This document shows positions 49,939-53,010 of a DNA stretch of 53,010 bases, piece by piece. Position 1 is the stretch's first letter, and every line of letters starts with the position of its first letter. Where the stretch lies: positions 1-53,010 of the forward strand of contig JANVYQ010000010.1 of the NCBI GenBank assembly GCA_030059675.1. The letters run 5' to 3'. Made by a program: the position numbers and the translations under genes. The notes under the pieces are model-generated. The model was not told the origin of the DNA. It worked only from the letters and a program-made list of their open reading frames with translations, and made no database searches. Source of the DNA: Candidatus Pelearchaeum maunauluense (GTDB lineage Archaea; Thermoproteota; Nitrososphaeria_A; Caldarchaeales; Caldarchaeaceae).

Positions 49939-51207
49939 CTAGACGAACTCTAGCCTCTCTTTCTTTCCATCAATTATGAGCTCGGCCTCGGCGTTGGTGC
50001 GTCTAACGATTACGCGTCCTTCTTTAATCACGAGCAGTGGCGGCCTCTGTAGAGTCAGAGCCTCAAGCTCGTCGCGTGCATCCAACAGAACCAAGTCAGC
50101 GCGCTTACCCCTCTCCACGCCATACTCATGCTCAATTCTCAAAGCCTTAGCGGCATTAACAGTTATCATGTCAAACGAGTCCCTAAGCTCTTGATAACCC
50201 ATTAGATGCCCTACATGAACCGCCATGAAGAGCGCCTGTATCATGTCTCCCCTGCCGAGGGGGTACCAGGGGTCTCTTATACAGTCATGCCCCAGCGCCA
50301 CGTTGACGCCATGCTTAAGGAGTTCCTTTATCCTCGTCATCCCCCTCCTCTTGGGATAGGTGTCAAACCTTCCTTGGAGGTGTATGTTGACGAGCGGGTT
50401 TGCTATCACCGTAACACCCGCGCGCCTAAGTATTCGGTAGAGCTTGTAAGCATAAGCATCGTTATACGAATGCATGGCTGTAGCATGGCCAGCTGTTACG
50501 CGCCCCTCGTAGCCTCGCCTTATTGCCTCGGCAGCCACAACCTCCAAAAACCTAGACTGCTCATCATCAGTCTCATCAACATGACCATCAACGTCCCTAC
50601 CGTGTTTCTGAGCTATGTCAAACGCCACACTAATAGATTTCACACCATCCTCCCTAGTTAGCTCGTAGTGCGGTATAATCCCGACGTTATCAGCCCCCAT
50701 CTCCACGGCCTTCTCCAGAAGCTCCACATTCCCTGGCTCCGTCAGTATCCCATCCTGGGGAAAGGCGGTTACCTGTATATCAATTAAAGGCTTCATCTCC
50801 TTCTTAACTTCAAGCAAGCCCCTAAGCGTTGCAAGCTTAGGCTCTGTTATGTCCGCATGTGTTCTCAGGCGTGTTGTCCCATAGGATACCATCATCTTCA
50901 CAGTCTTAACCGCGCGGTTCTTCACATCCTCAACAGTTATTCCACGCTTCTTCTCAGCCCATATCTCAATACCCTCAATCAACGTTCCAGACTCGTTATA
51001 CCTGGGGTCGCCTAGCGTAAGAGCCGAGTCTAAATGGAAATGCATGTCGGTAAAACTTGGGGTTAATAACCTGCCACCAGCGTCTATAATTTCGTCAGCG
51101 CTTCTCTTGACGGATGTTGATACCTCGGCAATCCTCCCATCCTCTATTAGAACATCGTAGAGCCCGTCAAGCCTCCTTAACCTGGCCCCGCGGATGAGAA
51201 TAGACAT
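49939..51207 (-). CDS. codA: Cytosine deaminase (amidohydrolase family)
   Basis: DMHFHLD, NESGTLIEGI, AFPQDG, HVDETDD, LGHDCIRDPWYPLG. Confidence 0.92.
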   Translation of the reverse strand: MSILIRGARLRRLDGLYDVLIEDGRIAEVSTSVKRSADEIIDAGGRLLTPSFTDMHFHLDSALTLGDPRYNESGTLIEGIEIWAEKKRGITVEDVKNRAVKTVKMMVSYGTTRLRTHADITEPKLATLRGLLEVKKEMKPLIDIQVTAFPQDGILTEPGNVELLEKAVEMGADNVGIIPHYELTREDGVKSISVAFDIAQKHGRDVDGHVDETDDEQSRFLEVVAAEAIRRGYEGRVTAGHATAMHSYNDAYAYKLYRILRRAGVTVIANPLVNIHLQGRFDTYPKRRGMTRIKELLKHGVNVALGHDCIRDPWYPLGRGDMIQALFMAVHVGHLMGYQELRDSFDMITVNAAKALRIEHEYGVERGKRADLVLLDARDELEALTLQRPPLLVIKEGRVIVRRTNAEAELIIDGKKERLEFV

Positions 51208-51332
51208 GCCGCGAGTCGGCGTAACGTGTCTTTATTTCTTTTCCCCCTCTTTACGGCCCTTGATTAACAATGCCTAACCAGGGGGTTAGCGCTGCTTGAA
51301 ATATCGCCATGTCCAGTGTGATAACTATGGAG

Positions 51333-51391
51333 AGTTTAACAAAGGTATAGTGTATGCGTTAAACTATATTAACACCTATAACAGTGTTATA
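51333..51391. promoter_or_regulatory. Inverted repeats in the codA/sufB divergent promoter region
   Basis: AGTTTAAC-N17-GTTAAACT (51333-51365) and TATAACA-G-TGTTATA (51377-51391). Confidence 0.45.
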
Positions 51392-51402
51392 ACCAGATAG
51401 CC

Positions 51403-52806
51403 TTGACAGAAAAAACAATCATAGAATTTGACTACAGCAAATACAACTTTAGAGACCCAGAGCTATACCAATACAAGGCAAAGCCAGGGCTCTCACGCGA
51501 GATTGTAGAACAAATATCGGCGCTAAAAGACGAGCCAGAATGGCTTAGGCGCTTCAGGCTAAAGGCGTATGAAATCTTCCTGAAGAAGCCCATGCCCCTC
51601 TGGGGAGGAGACCTCACGCAAGTCAACTTTGACAACATCCACTACTACGTTAAGCCCTCTGATAAGAAGATGGTGCGGAGCTGGGACGAGGTTCCCGAAT
51701 ACATCAAGAAGACGTTTGACAGGCTCGGAATACCCGAAGCAGAGAGAAAATTCCTGGCAGGAGTAGGCGCCCAATACGAGAGCGAGGTCGTCTACCACAA
51801 CCTACGTAAAGAGCTTGAAAAGAAGGGAGTAATCTTCGTCGACCCAGATACCGCGTTTAGGGAGTACCCAGACATATTCAAGAAGTATTTTGGGAAGGTA
51901 GTTCCGCCCGACGATAACAAGTTCGCAGCCCTCAACAGCGCGGTATTCAGCGGCGGTAGCTTCATCTACATCCCCGAAGGTGTTGAAGTTGAGTATCCGC
52001 TCCAAGCTTACTTCAGGATAAACGCAGCTAACGTGGGGCAGTTTGAGCGCACACTAATAATAGCGGAGCCCTACAGTAGAGTGCACTATATAGAGGGATG
52101 CACAGCACCCATATACTCTACACAGTCCCTACACGCGGCGGTAGTTGAGATAGTAGCCATGAAAGGTGCTTACGTGAGATATACTACGCTACAGAACTGG
52201 AGCAGCGATGTGTATAACTTGGTTACGAAGCGCGCTCATGCCTACGAGAACGCTACTGTAGAATGGGTTGATGCCAACGTTGGGAGTAGGCTCACAATGA
52301 AGTATCCGAGCATCTATCTCCTGGGTAGGGGTGCTAAGGCTGAGATACTCTCAGTAGCCTTCGCTGGCAGAGGCCAGCACCAGGATACTGGCGCTAAGGC
52401 TCTACACCTAGCCCCGGACACGACATCACGCATAACCTCAAAGTCGGTGTGTAAGGATGGTGGTAGAACAACCTACCGCGGCCTGCTGCATGTAGCTAAG
52501 GGAGCTAAGAATGTAAAGTCAAGCGTCAGATGCGACGCGCTGATACTTGACGACATATCCAGAACAGACACATACCCATACAACGAGATACATGAGGACG
52601 ACGCCACGATAACACATGAAGCTACCGTGGGCAAGATAGGTGAGGACCAGCTCTTCTACCTGATGAGCCGCGGCCTCTCGGAGCAGGAAGCCCTAAACAT
52701 GGTGGTACTGGGATTCCTAGAGACATTCACGAAGACCCTGCCGATGGAGTATGCGCTGGAGTTCAACCGCCTAATAGAGCTGGAGATGAGCGGCAGCGTA
52801 GGCTGA
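51403..52806 (+). CDS. sufB: Fe-S cluster assembly protein SufB
   Basis: [51 protein letters not shown]. Confidence 0.96.
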   Translation: MTEKTIIEFDYSKYNFRDPELYQYKAKPGLSREIVEQISALKDEPEWLRRFRLKAYEIFLKKPMPLWGGDLTQVNFDNIHYYVKPSDKKMVRSWDEVPEYIKKTFDRLGIPEAERKFLAGVGAQYESEVVYHNLRKELEKKGVIFVDPDTAFREYPDIFKKYFGKVVPPDDNKFAALNSAVFSGGSFIYIPEGVEVEYPLQAYFRINAANVGQFERTLIIAEPYSRVHYIEGCTAPIYSTQSLHAAVVEIVAMKGAYVRYTTLQNWSSDVYNLVTKRAHAYENATVEWVDANVGSRLTMKYPSIYLLGRGAKAEILSVAFAGRGQHQDTGAKALHLAPDTTSRITSKSVCKDGGRTTYRGLLHVAKGAKNVKSSVRCDALILDDISRTDTYPYNEIHEDDATITHEATVGKIGEDQLFYLMSRGLSEQEALNMVVLGFLETFTKTLPMEYALEFNRLIELEMSGSVG

Positions 52807-53010
52807 GAAAACACAATCCTAACCCTTCTTTTCTTGCCCAGATTCGTGTCAAAAGATTTATGGCTCCCGAAAGTCACAGCCATCTATACGGGGAACTTTA
52901 TCTCTGATTGGCTTGATTCTAGCAGTCGTAGGAGGATTGCTGGACTTTAACTCAGGATTCCTAATACTACAAGCATCCATGATGGGGATGATGGATATGG
53001 GTTCTGACCT

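Noticed and set aside
52860-53010. Hydrophobic reading frame at the window end (..GTLSLIGLILAVVGGLLDF..)
   Set aside because: No in-frame canonical start was found and it is cut by the window edge, so it is too weak to call

Overview
Gene-dense archaeal chromosome segment. Ribosomal S26e, a thermosome C-terminus, CarS, deoxyhypusine synthase, BHB tRNA introns and a Thr/Val-rich solute-binding-protein linker point to a TACK lineage, most likely Aigarchaeota/Caldarchaeales-like (inference). Most genes are housekeeping or metabolic: ogt, ksgA, udgB, mdh, sucCD, queCD, thyX, dys, proS, tpiA, gcvPA/PB/T, serA, carS, a nucleoside ABC transporter with codA, and sufB. Several elements are absent from the ORF track: tRNA-His with a 37/38 intron, an elongator tRNA-Met with two non-canonical introns (D-loop and T-loop), two C/D-box-like sRNAs whose guide regions fold back on themselves, a 44-aa C2H2 zinc-finger microprotein, and four pseudogenes, including a fragmented membrane-anchored metzincin protease. 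A glycine-cleavage/aminotransferase/SerK-like/SerA cluster with uncharacterised neighbours, and strong GATC avoidance, also stand out. No CRISPR array, integrase or transposase was seen. All family calls come from motif recognition by eye; no database search was run.
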